This document shows positions 1 through 12,104 of a stretch of DNA of 64,000 bases, in pieces. Under the pieces are notes generated by a model, which worked only from the letters and a program-made list of their open reading frames with translations, searched no databases and was not told the origin of the DNA. The DNA lies in assembly GCA_950097015.1 (NCBI GenBank), contig CATNEN010000038.1, forward strand, positions 868,001-932,000. The letters run 5' to 3'. This DNA is from Macrostomum hystrix (Eukaryota; Animalia; Platyhelminthes). The stretch's first letter is position 1. Each line of letters opens with the position of its first letter. Both the position numbers and the translations under genes were made by a program.

Positions 1-59
1 CTTGGGGCGCAATCTCGGGTTTAAGAGGCGTCGGCCATTGGGGAGGGGCTGGACTAAAG

Positions 60-225
60 GGCAGCCGCACCCAAACCAATTTCTGCCCCAGAAAATGCTG
101 GCCCTCATTTCACAGCTGGGTGAATTGATGCGAACAGAAATCGAGTGTGTTGCTCCATGACATTCCTGACGGAGGTTAGAACTCAAGACTTCTCGGTCAA
201 CTGTAAACAACTGGGCCACAACTTG
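60..225 (-). mobile_element. Degenerate tRNA-derived SINE-like fragment
   Basis: The + strand reads CTCATTTCACAGCTGGGTGAA...GAGTGTGTTGCTCC...GGAGGTTAGAACTCAAGAC. This resembles the reverse complement of a tRNA head (B-box-like) plus the conserved central domain of invertebrate SINEs. Recognised by eye only. Confidence 0.35.
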
Positions 226-314
226 ATTTAGGAAATGATTCTAGACAATAGTATAGCTTCTAAATTTCAAGCAGAATGCGCGCAATAGCTGTAGTACTCA
301 TCAATATTCTGCAG

Positions 315-3300
315 CATGCAATGGCACGGATGTCGGGCCGATCCGCCTCACGGTCGGGAACAATTCATCAGCGCCGGCAGTCGTGCTGACTAGTCACAGG
401 AGCCTTGGCACTTCAGTCGGTAGCCTCTACGAGAACAGGCAAAACTGCAGCTGGACCATCGAGGCACCCGACGGCTGGATGGTGGGCCTGACTGCTGTCT
501 ACTCCGATCTCGAGCCTGGATTCGATACACTTCGCGTGTTCAACAGCTACATTGACAACGCTGCCGGCCCGCAGCTGCTGGGCGAGCTGTCACAGCAGTG
601 GAATAGCTCATGCTCGGTCGGAGAGCAACTAGAGTCGGATCCTGGCCGTCGCATGCGAGTTCGATTCCAGTCGGACGAAAGCGTCGCCTTTAGCGGCTTC
701 AGACTCAACGCGGAGTCTTCAAAACCAGTTTCAGGTGCGCTGGAATCTGTATGCTCACTTAAAATGCGTTTTCCTGGGCCTGAATGGGGCCAGGAATTGA
801 TAAGCGATATGAGAGAAGTTTTAAACCCAGTGTGTTTAATAAGCTGGTGTTACTTGTTGAAGGTCTAGTAGCTGCGCTTAGGTAAAGGCCAGTAAACTGA
901 CTATAAGAAGGCCGTGGTAGATGAGCTGATGAAATTTGGAAGCTTCGTGAAGCAGTAACTGAGGTGCCGTGCTGCTTGGCGTTCATGGGTTTACTGAATG
1001 TCATTAACAATAAAAAAACTTTTGCAGGGCTATGGGACATCATTTGGTGACACTAGAACTGATTTTAATCACCCAGTTTTCCCGCCTGTAATTACAGCAT
1101 GCAATTTAGACGATAACTTGTTATTTTTTATGTCATTCATTATTACTCGTATCAGCCCAGAATTGATTAAATGTAGTTTATTTATGCACCCAGCGACGAG
1201 GGACTTCTGCCCATTTCACTGACTCCTCAGCACAAACGCATACTGGTGTGTACATCTGCCCGGACTTCCTCATCGTCAGGCAGTGTACACTTTCCCTGAG
1301 CCTTGGAGGTTGGCACTAAGGGACGACAAACCCCCAAGCCTTCTCTCCGCTGCTGCGCCCCAAATGAATGTGGCCTCGCCGTAGAATCGAACTTTGGGAC
1401 CTTAGTGCGAAACGCGAACGCTCTGCCACCGACCCCCCAACTGAATGCATTAGTGCGTTTGTGAAAAATCTGACGTTGAGTCAGAATCGTTGAATATCTT
1501 GACGTTCTGCTGGTGGTGGCTTCATTCTAGTTTCGGAAGGTCCGCGACAACGTTTTTAAGAATTTCGTGCACTTGTATTGCTCCGCTCAGGTTCACCGAA
1601 AAATGCAAGGGGTATTTCCACTTCTGGTTCTTGTCATTAGTACGAGTGTGTGTATCGCGCATGCCGTCAGTACAATTTAGGCATAACGATTGAACAGCAT
1701 TTGACAACCGAATCAAACAATTAGGCCAGTAAATGATTATCTGAATCTAGAATACAAGCTCGTTATGTTGGCAATAATTAAAATCTGTAATTTGACATCC
1801 TAGTGTGCAGCGGCAGCCAGCAGTTGGTTCGGGCCTTCGTTGACGACCCGATGCAGTCGCTGAATAGCCACGAAAATTTCGGCACTTTGCCCTACGCTGA
1901 CAACCTGGACTGCAGTTTGACACTGCAGACGATAGGGGGGTGCGGAATCGTCGTCACTGCCCTCTACCTGGACCTGCACTCTCAGAGCGACGCTGTGTCG
2001 ATTATCGCAGGAGATTCTCAGCTGGCTGCGGCCAAACTGTCAGTTCGAGGCAACGCCACGACCTGGCCTCCGTTGAGGCTGGAGAACAATGTCGTGCGGA
2101 TACGCTTTGTCTCTGACTCAAGCGGAGCCGCAGCTGGCTTCAAGCTCGGCTATCAAGTTGTCTGCCCGCCTAGGTTTGGTGAGCTGTTTCGAAGAAGATA
2201 ATTTGTTATTTTCTACATTATTACTCGTATCATCCCAAAATCGATTGAATTGAGTTTCTTTATACATTTGTTGCATTTTTGTGCTTTGTACATTGCAATT
2301 TAATTTAGGAGCGTTGATTAAGTCGTGTTATGTGTAGCTTGGTATATTCTGGGATCCAAAAATATTTTTCCAAGACTTCTTCATCGTCAATGCATGCCCA
2401 AGGGTATGGGGGAAGTAGCCTAGTGGTTAGAGCATCGGACTCACGGCTTGAAGGTCGGGGGTTCGACTGCCCCAACTGGGGCAGTTGGAATCAGTTTCTA
2501 TTATGGGCACTCGCGATTTGCTATGATCGTGTCCTACGACAGTCACTCTAAATGGTTTCTCTTGTCCCAGGCTCACCAAGCAGCCCAGTCGATTTGGATA
2601 ATCCGCTCTATGTGGAAGCCGACGAGAAGCTTTTAGTTAGCAGTGACAAGTTTGGCACTCGAGTCAGCAACTACCGCTACATGGAGTACGGCAGGACTTA
2701 CAGGTTTCGCTTTCAGTCTTTACTGATTCGGGTCCTGCCCGGCTATACAACCCGTCTAAGATTCCACGAGATTTCGCTAGTATCGCCCAACGATTTGCTA
2801 CTAGTGAAGGAATTGAGTTCTCAAAGAGTGCTGATAAACTTCACGCTGCGGGCGAACGGTTCGATCAGTCCACAGCCCGGCGAGATTCGGACAAATCATC
2901 GCCTGCTTGTTGTTCAGTTCACGCCAGCAGATCTAACAAACTCGCTGGCTGGCTACCAACTCGGCGTCAGCTCTCTGCCACCTGGCGAATCGGCTTGGCG
3001 TGAGTCAATAATCTGAGCTGGGGCGGCTTTTAAAGTAACTTTGCTAGACTCATTTTAGAGGCATATGAGATGAAAATCTACACGTTTTTAGACCAAAAAA
3101 CTTCACTTTAATAAGTTTAATCACAAAAATAAGTTTCACTTTATTATTAGAGTGCAGTTTCGAGCAGTCGGACAACTGCACAATAGCAGTGGACCCCGCC
3201 GCACCCAGCACCACCAGCCTGCTAATCAAGAGCGGACCACACCGATTTATGCAAGTTAATTTGCTCGCACCAGAGGGCTATGCCATTGTGATTTGGCTGA

Positions 3301-5525
3301 CCTACAAACGCTACTCAGGAGCAGTCCTTCTTTATGACTCTGTGAATCGCACTTTGTTAGGAGAATTCGGACCAGCATATAATGACTACTTCTATACCTA
3401 TGCGCTTGGCTACGAAAATCCAAGGATTTTCTCATCTCCGGGCAGCGGACTGAACGTTCTGTTACTGCCCTACACTCTGGCAGACTTCAGCTTTGTGGGA
3501 CTAGATGTAGCAGCCTTGCCAATATCTAACAGTACACTGGAAGGTGAGCAACTCTTAATACTCGTAATAGAGCCATTCACTTAGTTCACTAGGGACCACG
3601 CGTCTGCAGGGCGCCACTACAAGGGAGGCATCAATACCAAGGGGTGCCACCACCAGTGGGGGGCCACGGTCCCCCTTCCCCCTCCCTGGCTTCGCCCGAC
3701 ATTCTGTGCCTTGAATGACCACGGTGTCAGAGGCGCGTCAAACGCGTTAACCTGTTTTTGGATCCGACTCTGAATTCTGATGAATTCTGACTCAAACGAC
3801 TAGACTCCTGATTTTACACAGATTGGACTGAAGCAGATATTTGTATTCGAATCAACTGGTCGAAACAGCAAGCATGAATCTTGACCGCATCATCTTTGCA
3901 GTGTGCAGCACAGATGCTGGTAACAAGACGCATTATATTTTCTCTGAGTCGCCAATAAGTCTGGTGAGCCATTGGGCTCATGGACACTATGGCATTCGGC
4001 ATTCTTATTTTGTTGACTGCAGCGTCCGCATTGGGACGCCGCTAGAGAGATGCCAGCTGTCTCTGCGATTCACCTCTTTGGACATTGCGTCAGACGCGTA
4101 CGTTCAAATCCTCGACGGCACGTCGACACTGCTGCTTCAGACGTCAAGGCAAAACCTGAGCCAAGTTCTGCTCAACAGGAGCCGCACGGCCACAGTTCGC
4201 TTCGTGGCCCCGTGGACGGCCTACACGGGGTTTCGAATTCTATCGAGGGCAGTTTGCGACTATCCAAGGCTTGGTGCGTTATTGGCATGATAGCACACCA
4301 AACACTCCATTAACTTCATAGAGACTTTGCCATACGGAGCAATGGTTTTTAGTAGATTTTACATCCCCCTATGGCCCTCAATCAGCTTGCAGTGTCGGAG
4401 GCGGCAGCAAGCTCCAGGAGATCGTCCTAACGGCAGAGGATCCAGTTCGCAACCTCGTTAGCCACGATGCCTTCGGCACAGCGGACATGCCCGGAGGTGC
4501 CAGCGTCGACCTGTCTTGCGGATGGCGAGTGACTTCATTGTCTCTAGGTCGCACCATTGTCTTGCGGCTCCTCTTCCTGCGCCTGCGTCCCTGCTGCGAC
4601 AGGCTGCGCATCACCGATGAAAGTTCTGGCGAAATCCTTGCCTGCCTGACGACGGATGTGGGTCACTTTCAGAAACCACTGGAGTTCAAGCCGCGGGGCA
4701 GCTCCTTGACGGTGCAGTTTGACAGCTACCAGAGGGATGTGGACCAATGCGGAGGCTTTCAGATGTTTGCCATGTTGGGTATGTGAATGTGGATCATGTT
4801 CTCGGCTTTAATATATATATAATCTTACATTTACATGCATTAGTCAAGGACCACTAGGAGTAGATGGACGGGAATCAACGTTTCTTAGAAAAAAATACAC
4901 TACGGAGATACGGAACGTTCACTTTTTTCTGATTTAAATGGTGACAGCTTGATTGGAAGCAGATGCAAAGCTGTTCTTTGCCTAATTTGCCTAACATGTT
5001 GCTCTACCGAATGTTATCAAGCTTTGTCCTTGGTATTGGTATTTAAAACCAATCAGCAAATTGTTATAACTCGTACATCGCATGTGGTTAGACAAAATTC
5101 GCTCACAAAGCTTGACTTTCTTTTCTCATCGCGAGGTATTAGCTCTCGTCTCCTTGTCCTACCTCAGATCGTCGTATTTTCATAATTCATATTCATATTT
5201 TACCATAGCCGCTGACGCAGCTTTCTTTAATAGAACGGAATGGTGAATGTTTCCTAATAGGAGATAATATGGATGTGTTTAAGTCGCTAGGAAGATGTGT
5301 GTGGAATCCAATTTCTTCGTGAAAACAATTCGCTTTAACTTTCTTTCAGAAGAAGCCATGGATGCGCCGATTGTTGAGGTGCCGGGCCGCAGCTCCATCG
5401 AGTGTGCCGTGTTTTGCACCAGGCGTTTCTCGTTTTGCCAGTCAGCGACTTACATTGCTGCGCGCGGGGTCTGTCGTTTAGCCCATAGACAGTCGGAGAG
5501 CTTCGTGAGGCAGTCGGTTATATAA
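315..5525 (+). CDS. Multi-CUB-domain extracellular protein with C-terminal PAN/apple-like domain (5' end lies upstream of the window or is unresolved)
   Basis: Six phase-1/phase-1 GT-AG exons each encode one CUB-like module: 315-734, 1804-2178, 2571-2999, 3151-3543, 3902-4273, 4386-4778. Motifs include YENRQNCSWTI...FDTLRVF...RFQSDESVAFSGF, YADNLDCSLTL...FVSDSSGAAAGF and CGWRV...CCDRLRI...FDS...GGF. A probable 34-nt exon 5209-5242 precedes the last exon 5291-5525 (MCVESNFF...SSIECAVFCTRRFSFCQSATY...VCRL, PAN-type Cys spacing). Modules 3 and 4 are divergent. Confidence 0.8.
1270..1440 (-). mobile_element. Degenerate SINE-like fragment in a CUB-gene intron
   Basis: GCCGTAGAATCGAACTTTGGGACCTTAGTGCGAAACGCGAACGCTCTGCCACCGA is the reverse complement of a tRNA-like head with A/B-box remnants. 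Confidence 0.35.
2405..2520 (+). mobile_element. tRNA-derived SINE head (intronic)
   Basis: A-box TAGCCTAGTGG (~2416) and B-box GGTTCGACT (~2460) lie at tRNA-like spacing. The acceptor stem is not intact and non-tRNA sequence follows. Confidence 0.5.
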
Positions 5526-6728
5526 AGTGAGACAGCGGAAGGCTGATGACATGAGCACTTTGCGATTAATTACAATTTAGGAATTGAATAGACGAGCCTT
5601 ATACTTATAAATCTTTTCGATAAAGTCCTTTGAATTACATTATTGCTATATTTAAATAATTACAAAAAATGAATGTTACAAAAAAGATTGTAACTCTTCA
5701 ACTCTGATTTTGTTGAATACCCATTTTCAAATCAGTGATTGCGACGCCTTTAGGGGTTGTGTATTGCGATTGTGATTTTTGACAGCGAGTGATTGATTAT
5801 ACTTTTTGCAGCATCAAGCACACTCGAGAGTCAAATGATGCAGCTATAAAGCCAAACGCATGAACACTCAGTAGCTGTGGCAGAATACTAGAAGGTATCA
5901 CTTGTCTATTGAACTACTCCTTTTTAATAAACACGGATTTTTTTCAGTTATCACTAGCCGTTTTATTGACTTCTTTTCACGCACTATTGCATTTTGCAGT
6001 CTAGTTGGGACAGTGGGAGCTCTATAACAAGGACCACTAGTAGTTAGCTATAGTCTACTTTAGTAGTACTTTATAGTATTATTAACATACTACACCTGCC
6101 CGATTTCTAGATGTGCAGCCAACAGCACATCCCACTTCATTCCATGGACTCCGAGGGGGACGCCACCTAGCCTGCACTCTCAAAAGCATGCTTCACTAGC
6201 AGCTATGTAGATAGTTTCTACGCTGGACCAACGGAAAATAAAGACACACAGTTTATCGATAGGCTAGTAATGTTCCCATAAGTAATTTTACAGGGAAATC
6301 TCCCACCGTTAGTCTTGCATTGCTCGGTTTTCTCTGCCTGTCTCTCTCTGAGTCAGCTGAAGTGCCGTCAGCTGTGGCCTGCTTTGCTCAACCCCTCGAA
6401 AAAACAAATAGGCGCGGTGTGCGCAGGGTTAGCTTCACCTTTCAGAGCCTATGCGGGCGTTTAAAATTTCCCGATATTGTTCCATGTCTTCCTACACATT
6501 TCGCCTTAAAAGCACGCGAATGCAGACGCGCACACATGTAGTCAATCTGCATTTGTGAAAGCGGATCACCAATGACCATTTTCTCTTTCTTGCTCCAAGT
6601 GAGCACCCCCTGGACCTCACTCACTCCACCTACTTAGGCGACTGACCAACAATACGGCGCTGGCAAGGTTGACGCCCATGAGATAATAAAAGCAAAGCAA
6701 AACACAATGTCCTCGACTGTATAAAACA

Positions 6729-8779
6729 ATGCGCTGCTCGGACCTTTGGTTGCCGGGCAACGGCAAGCGTCTGTGCCTGCTGGCGCTTCACTACTGTTGC
6801 CTGATAGCCGCCGCCGCCTGCGCTATCGCCGCTGCAACCAGACCGAGCCAGGTCTGGCTGCGACTCGCCTGTACGGCTGGGGGCGGCGCCAGTTTGACGG
6901 CCTCTGGCGGCCCGAGCGGTCTCGACTACGCCTACGTCGCTAGCCAAGGCAATGCCAGCAGCGAAGGATTCGGATTGGCGGTTGGCCCAGCGCTGCACCA
7001 GCTGGCAGTTGGTGAGCCCGACGAAAACAATGCTGCGACAGGCAGCGTCGATCACGACCACGGGAGTATTTCAAATTCCCAAATTTTTTCTGTATCTTCC
7101 AAAATATTCAACCGATCACCATGAAAATCCAGCATTCTGGAATCGATTTTTTCGCTCCATCCGATGCAACAACTTCCAGAATCAAAGAATCACCAATATT
7201 GGCAATATTTTTTCTGCTCACGAAATTTCGTCAATTAGTCATGTTTGCTAATATCTATTTTTTTGTATTCTTATTTCGTATTGATAATTAAATTTATTTT
7301 TGGTTAAATTTATTAACGCCTCAATTAATCGCATATTTAATTATTTAAAAGCTCACAGCGTCACGGTGACGTCAGGTTCTTTGGCGTCACTTGCATGTAG
7401 TTTCTCTCCAATCAATGCTTATTATCCTGGACCGCTTTTGACGTGACTTGTGCGTTTCTTATCGGAAGAACTTGGTGGCGGCGCTTTACGGAGAGTTGCA
7501 GCTTTTTATAATAGCCATGCAAAGAATAGATCATGGAACCAGCCGAGAAGGAACTCCATTAGTACCAAGAACTCGTGGAATAAAGGGATCAAATTGGGAT
7601 TTTATGCCAATTCAAGCCTCCAGACTGGAAGCTTTGAGATAGTGGGCATCAAATGCACGCGATGCTTATTTATTTTCGTAAATGATTATTGACGCCTTGT
7701 TTAGGTAAGCTCGATGTTTGCGATGTACATGTAAGCGCACAACCCAACGACCAACTCCAGATTCCCGAGCCTGGTCCAGCATCTCATGGCTGCTAGCTGG
7801 CGCAAGTGTTGCCATCGTGGCCAGCCTTACGGCGCTGCTGCTGAAGAAGTTCTGCGGACGAGCCAGAGCGCTGGCTATGACGGCCGTTGTTGCTGTTTTG
7901 GTGTGCGCCGGTAGTGAGTGAAGTGAATTTCAGATTTTGGAATAACTATTTTAGGCTTTAGTTACTCGACTAAGAAATTACTGGATGAGCAGGATGATTT
8001 ACTCATTATTAAGCAATCATTTGTCATCCACAGCCGGAGCGCTGACAGCGGCCATCATTGTCTATTTGATCGTAGCAGGTCGACTACGAGCTCTCTTTGA
8101 CAATGTTACGGTCTCCTTCGCTGCGTCAGCAGCTGGCGGTTCTCACAACGGCAGCGTCTCAGTCAGCAGTGTCAGCGGAGGCGACAGTGGAGCATCCGGC
8201 TTCGCACTGACAGTGGCCGCCGATCTGGCTTGTGTGGGAGACGTCCTGCTGCTAGCAGCGAAACGGCTCGCGTTTGCGCGCGATAGAGAGGCCTCCTCCT
8301 ATAACGTTGAGGCGGCGGCGGCTGCTTCAGAGGCGGCAATGGCAAGCAACAAAACAGACTCGTCTGTAAAAGCCGACGCAGCTGCGGAGCCTAGGATGAC
8401 GGCGACGGTGACAACGAGGTCGTCAACTCCGTCGCCGCCGCCACGTGCACACCGACTAATGTCGCTGGCACCGATTGCAGACGGTGCGAATGGGCCGCAT
8501 GATGCGGCGAATTCTGCAAAATCGTCTGAACATCTGCGGCATAGGCTGGAACGTCGGCAGGAGACGGAGCGACGCGCGGTGCCGCAGTCGTCGGCCAAAA
8601 CAGACCCCAATAAGAGCATCAGTCGAAGATCGACCGTTGAAGTTTCGGCTGGACGGGGAGCATTCGACAATCTGGCCATGGAGCCGATAAGTGACGAACA
8701 GCAGGCCAGTTCAAAATTGGAAAGCGGCGCCGACTTCACCGCTAAAGCTGACGAAGAGCCCATTGTAGATGCTCTATAA
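6729..8779 (+). CDS. Four-TM membrane protein with claudin/PMP22-like topology and a long low-complexity C-tail
   Basis: Exons 6729-7011 (GTT G|GTGAGC), 7761-7913 (alternative donor 7910) and 8034-8779 join in phase 1. There are four hydrophobic segments: LCLLALHYCCLIAAAACAIAAA; ISWLLAGASVAIVASLTALLL; ALAMTAVVAVLVCAG-GALTAAIIVYLIV; GFALTVAADLACVGDVLLLAA. A Trp lies shortly after TM1. Confidence 0.6.
7062..7215 (+). mobile_element. Dispersed MITE-like repeat family A, copy in intron 1 of the claudin-like gene
   Basis: GGGAGTATTTCAAAT...CCAAAATATTCAACCGATCACCATGAAAATCCAG...ATCCGATGCAACAACTTCCAGAATC matches reverse-complement copies at ~11230-11380, ~17660-17808 and ~30250-30397. Confidence 0.65.
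7355..7450. promoter_or_regulatory. Cluster of CRE/ATF-like sites
   Basis: A perfect palindrome TGACGTCA sits at 7367-7374, with half-sites GCGTCAC (7358), GCGTCAC (7384) and TGACGTGA (7439). Function untested. Confidence 0.35.
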
Positions 8780-9350
8780 GGACGGCTGTATACGAGTATC
8801 TACGAGTATCTACTTATGCTTCGCCTTAAGCAAGGAAGATTGCAGTTGCGCAAGTCTTTGAAAGAATAATTGATACAAAGTTTCATTCTAGATGCTTCAA
8901 TATATTATCGCATTAAATAGTTCCAGTAAAAAATGTCACAAAAGCTATTTAAGAGCATTCAGGTCTTAAATACTTGTCTAGTATTAAGATCATGGAATCA
9001 TGGAATATATATATCATAGAAATATACGAAGATCAATTGTTACTCGTAATCGGCTAGATAAAAAAACTCTTTCGATTTAGTGGACTTCCAGCTCATTGCA
9101 GATGGAAGAGTGTACAACAAACATTGGCTCTACACAGTAAGGCAGGAAAGGCGCTTGACAAAAAAGAATCTAATTTTCCGCTTCTAGATAAGAGAATATG
9201 CTGGGATGAATTTTAGCTCCGCTAATGCAAAGATTCCAGCTTGGATAATTAGAATAAAAAGTACCTTGTTAAAGTAGTTAAGGCAATCAAATTTGGCAGA
9301 TGAAGTTTGAAATATATCGCAAGGTTCAGTAAAACAAACTCGACGAACAT

Positions 9351-11926
9351 TCAGGGCAGGCCGAACACCGCGATGGATTTGTTAGCGGCATCCGCAACTG
9401 CGAGAAATCGTTTCATCTGGCCGCACAGACGGTCGTGACTCTCCGCATGTTTGGCACTATCGCCGCTGCCACCGTCGACAAGCTCGCAGACGGTCACGAC
9501 CGAAGGCGCTTTGCAGTCGTCGCAAGCAAGCGAGTGCAACAGCCGGCCGTCAGCAGTCTGGGCTTGAACTGCGGCCACCTCGGGTGAGCAGCTGTAGATC
9601 AGGCCACGGCTGTCGACGCATACGGAAACTGGCCGCTTGTTCTCGTCTGCATCCGCCGTCTTCAGCCTGAGAGGCGGAGGCGGGTTCATTCAGTGCTGAG
9701 AGGGTGGAGGCGCGTTCATTCAGTGCTGGGAGGGTGGATGTCAGGTGGATGGGTTACTGGGTTACCTGTCAAGCTGCATGCAGGACATCATGCACCAGAC
9801 GTCGCAGCCGCCGCTAACCGAGTCGGTGATGAGGGCGCAGTGGGTGCCCATCGCGGCTACGCTTTCGGCAGAGCCACGCCGCATGTTTGGCAGAGCAACC
9901 TGAAGATGCAGGGTGCCAATCACTTCAGCTTCCTTGGCAACGGCCAGCAGGCGACAGTCAGGCTCGCACCTGTAGATGATCAGCTTGTCCTGGGTGCCGC
10001 TCAGGCTAGCAATTCGTCCTAGCGGCATGCCAACATTATCTTGCGTCACCCGGGCGAGCGCTCGACCGTCTAGACCGGCAACGAGAATGCAGCTGGCTTT
10101 CATTGCAACGAAAAGTCGCTGCTGACCGGGCGTGCCGCGTCGCGGACAGTCGCAGTGCAGGCCGACAATGGAGTCCGTGTCAGCTGCCCCGGCCAGCCGG
10201 ATCATCGGGTGTTGACGCTTGTCAGCGGCCAGCAGCGACACCAGGCACAGACGGCGAGCCTCCGTCGAGTCCCCATCTGCAGCTGCAAGGACGACAACAA
10301 TGCAGGGCGACGGAATGGGCGTCGCGGCGCTAGGATTGACGCTTGTGCCCAAGGCCACTACATGACCCTGCTCACTGCCTGACGGCGAAGCGGCTACGTA
10401 GCCGGCGACATCAGGACAGGCAGCTAGAGCTACGGGCCGATCATCCGCGAAGGTGTGGCTGGCGAGGCATGACCAGGCGGCGGCGTCGTTGTCTGGCAGG
10501 AAGTTAACGATGCGACAATGTGCGATGTCAACGGTAACCCTCCATGTAAGTCAGCTGTAACCCTCCATGTCAGTCAGCTATAACCCTCCATGTCAGTCAG
10601 CTGTAACCCTCCATGTCAGTCAGCTGTAACCCTCCATGTCAGTCAGCTGTAACCCTCCATGTCAGTCAGCTGTAACCCGCATGTCAGTCAGCAGTGGGCC
10701 TCCAAAACTCACCAGCATCCTTGAACACTCGCCGCAGCTCCTCCTCCAGCAGGAAGGCCAGGCCCAGGGCCTTGGGGCCCAGGTTGGTCTTCACGCCGCG
10801 GCCGGGGGTGGCGCCGGCCTCAGCTGCGGCCTTTAAAGGCGCCAGCTGGCCGGAGAGTCGAAAGACCTGCGCCGCGTCGCCAGCCCGCTGAGCCTCGCGA
10901 AGCTGGCCGCCAAGCTTCCCAGCGCGATCGCAGGCGGACATGCCCTCAGTAACAAGGGCGAGCTCGGATTCCACCTGCGGGAATGGGCCGAGTTGCTGGC
11001 TTGCAACTCCCATGATCAAAACTCTCCGCCGTTGTCGATGAACTTGGTGACAAGGACAACTGGCATTTCTCTGTAAAAGCCTCTATGGCGAATCCGTAAT
11101 TGGTTACAAAATGAAAAATTTAACAAATCTAATCCATCTAATATAACTAGCAATAATAGCCGACAGGGTAACTCTATGAAATTTTGTGAGCAGAAAAATT
11201 GTGCGTATATTGGTGGTTTTTGCCACCAGACACCCCGACGAGAATCGTTGAATATCTGGACGATGCCGATGTTTTGCGATTCTGAAAGTTGTTTCATCGG
11301 ATCGAGCTGAACATTTTTGCCCGTGTTCTGTATTTCCATGGCGATTGGTTCAATATTTTGAGAGATGCAGAAAAAATGTCTACTGTTTATGGGGTCCGAG
11401 TATCTTATATTATAAAATCCTAAAGACGAAGCCTAAAAGACGCTTATGACCAATATTAAGATGACTAACTCTAAGATCTAAACCATTAGTTACAGGATAA
11501 AATTTGTTCTTGTAATAATCAATTTTTCACACAATGTCAGATACCAAGATCCCAATAATGACCTACTCTAAAATAACAATAACAGGATTCTAGTAAGATT
11601 CAAAATACGAATTCAGCGAGCCAACTCACCTGGCCAACCAGACGCCTCTTGCCCGCCTCCAGAGCGTCCATGGCAGAGTCGAATGCGGCCTCCAGCTCCT
11701 GCCGCTCGCAGTATAGCCGCTGCTGCAGAGTTCGCTGCGTGGCCATCAGCTGGTCGAACTCCTCCAGCCGGGGTAACACAATCTCGCTCTGCATGTCGCC
11801 AACCTTCTTCACTTCGTGGCCCTTGTGCAGTTCGCACACGTGGCGGCCTGAGTAGGGTCCCAGGCCAACCACCGGGTTCGGGCAGCGGCGAACGAAACAG
11901 TGCACTTCTTCGTTTGCGAAGGCCAT
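9351..11926 (-). CDS. RING-less TRIM-like protein: degenerate B-box, coiled coil, NHL-type beta-propeller (copy 1)
   Basis: Exons 11926-11630 (alternative ATG 11968), 10974-10713, 10492-9766 and 9666-9351 have consistent phases 0/1/2 and GT-AG sites. The protein has C..C...VCELHKGHEV (B-box-like), heptads (RLEEFDQL...KRRLVGQVESEL) and NHL-like repeats PVSVCVDSRGLIYSC...ADGRLL and LAVADAANKSIAVF. Confidence 0.7.
10533..10690. repeat. 23-bp intronic minisatellite (GTAACCCTCCATGTCAGTCAGCT, ~6.5 copies)
   Basis: Visible tandem array in intron 2 of the TRIM-like gene; duplicated at 16961-17118. Confidence 0.9.
11230..11380 (-). mobile_element. Dispersed repeat family A copy (intron 1 of the TRIM-like gene)
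   Basis: Reverse-complement similarity to 7062-7215 (TTTCCATGGCGATTGGTTCAATATTTTG). Confidence 0.6.
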
Positions 11927-12104
11927 TGCTGGCTTTGCTTGAATGATGGATTTAGATGGGCTTCTCATCTGTACTAAATTATAATAGCTAACTTTGAGCA
12001 AAGCATTTTAATGGGATCTTATGTGACGTCTCACTGCACACTGGGATAAATTGAGCTTAGTATTTTACCTACACGATAAGTATTGTGGGGGATTGTGTCT
12101 TCCC

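Noticed and set aside
2405-2480. Functional tRNA gene (also 51105-51167 and 51593-51655)
   Set aside because: A/B boxes are present but stems are degenerate, so these are treated as SINE-like or pseudo-tRNA.
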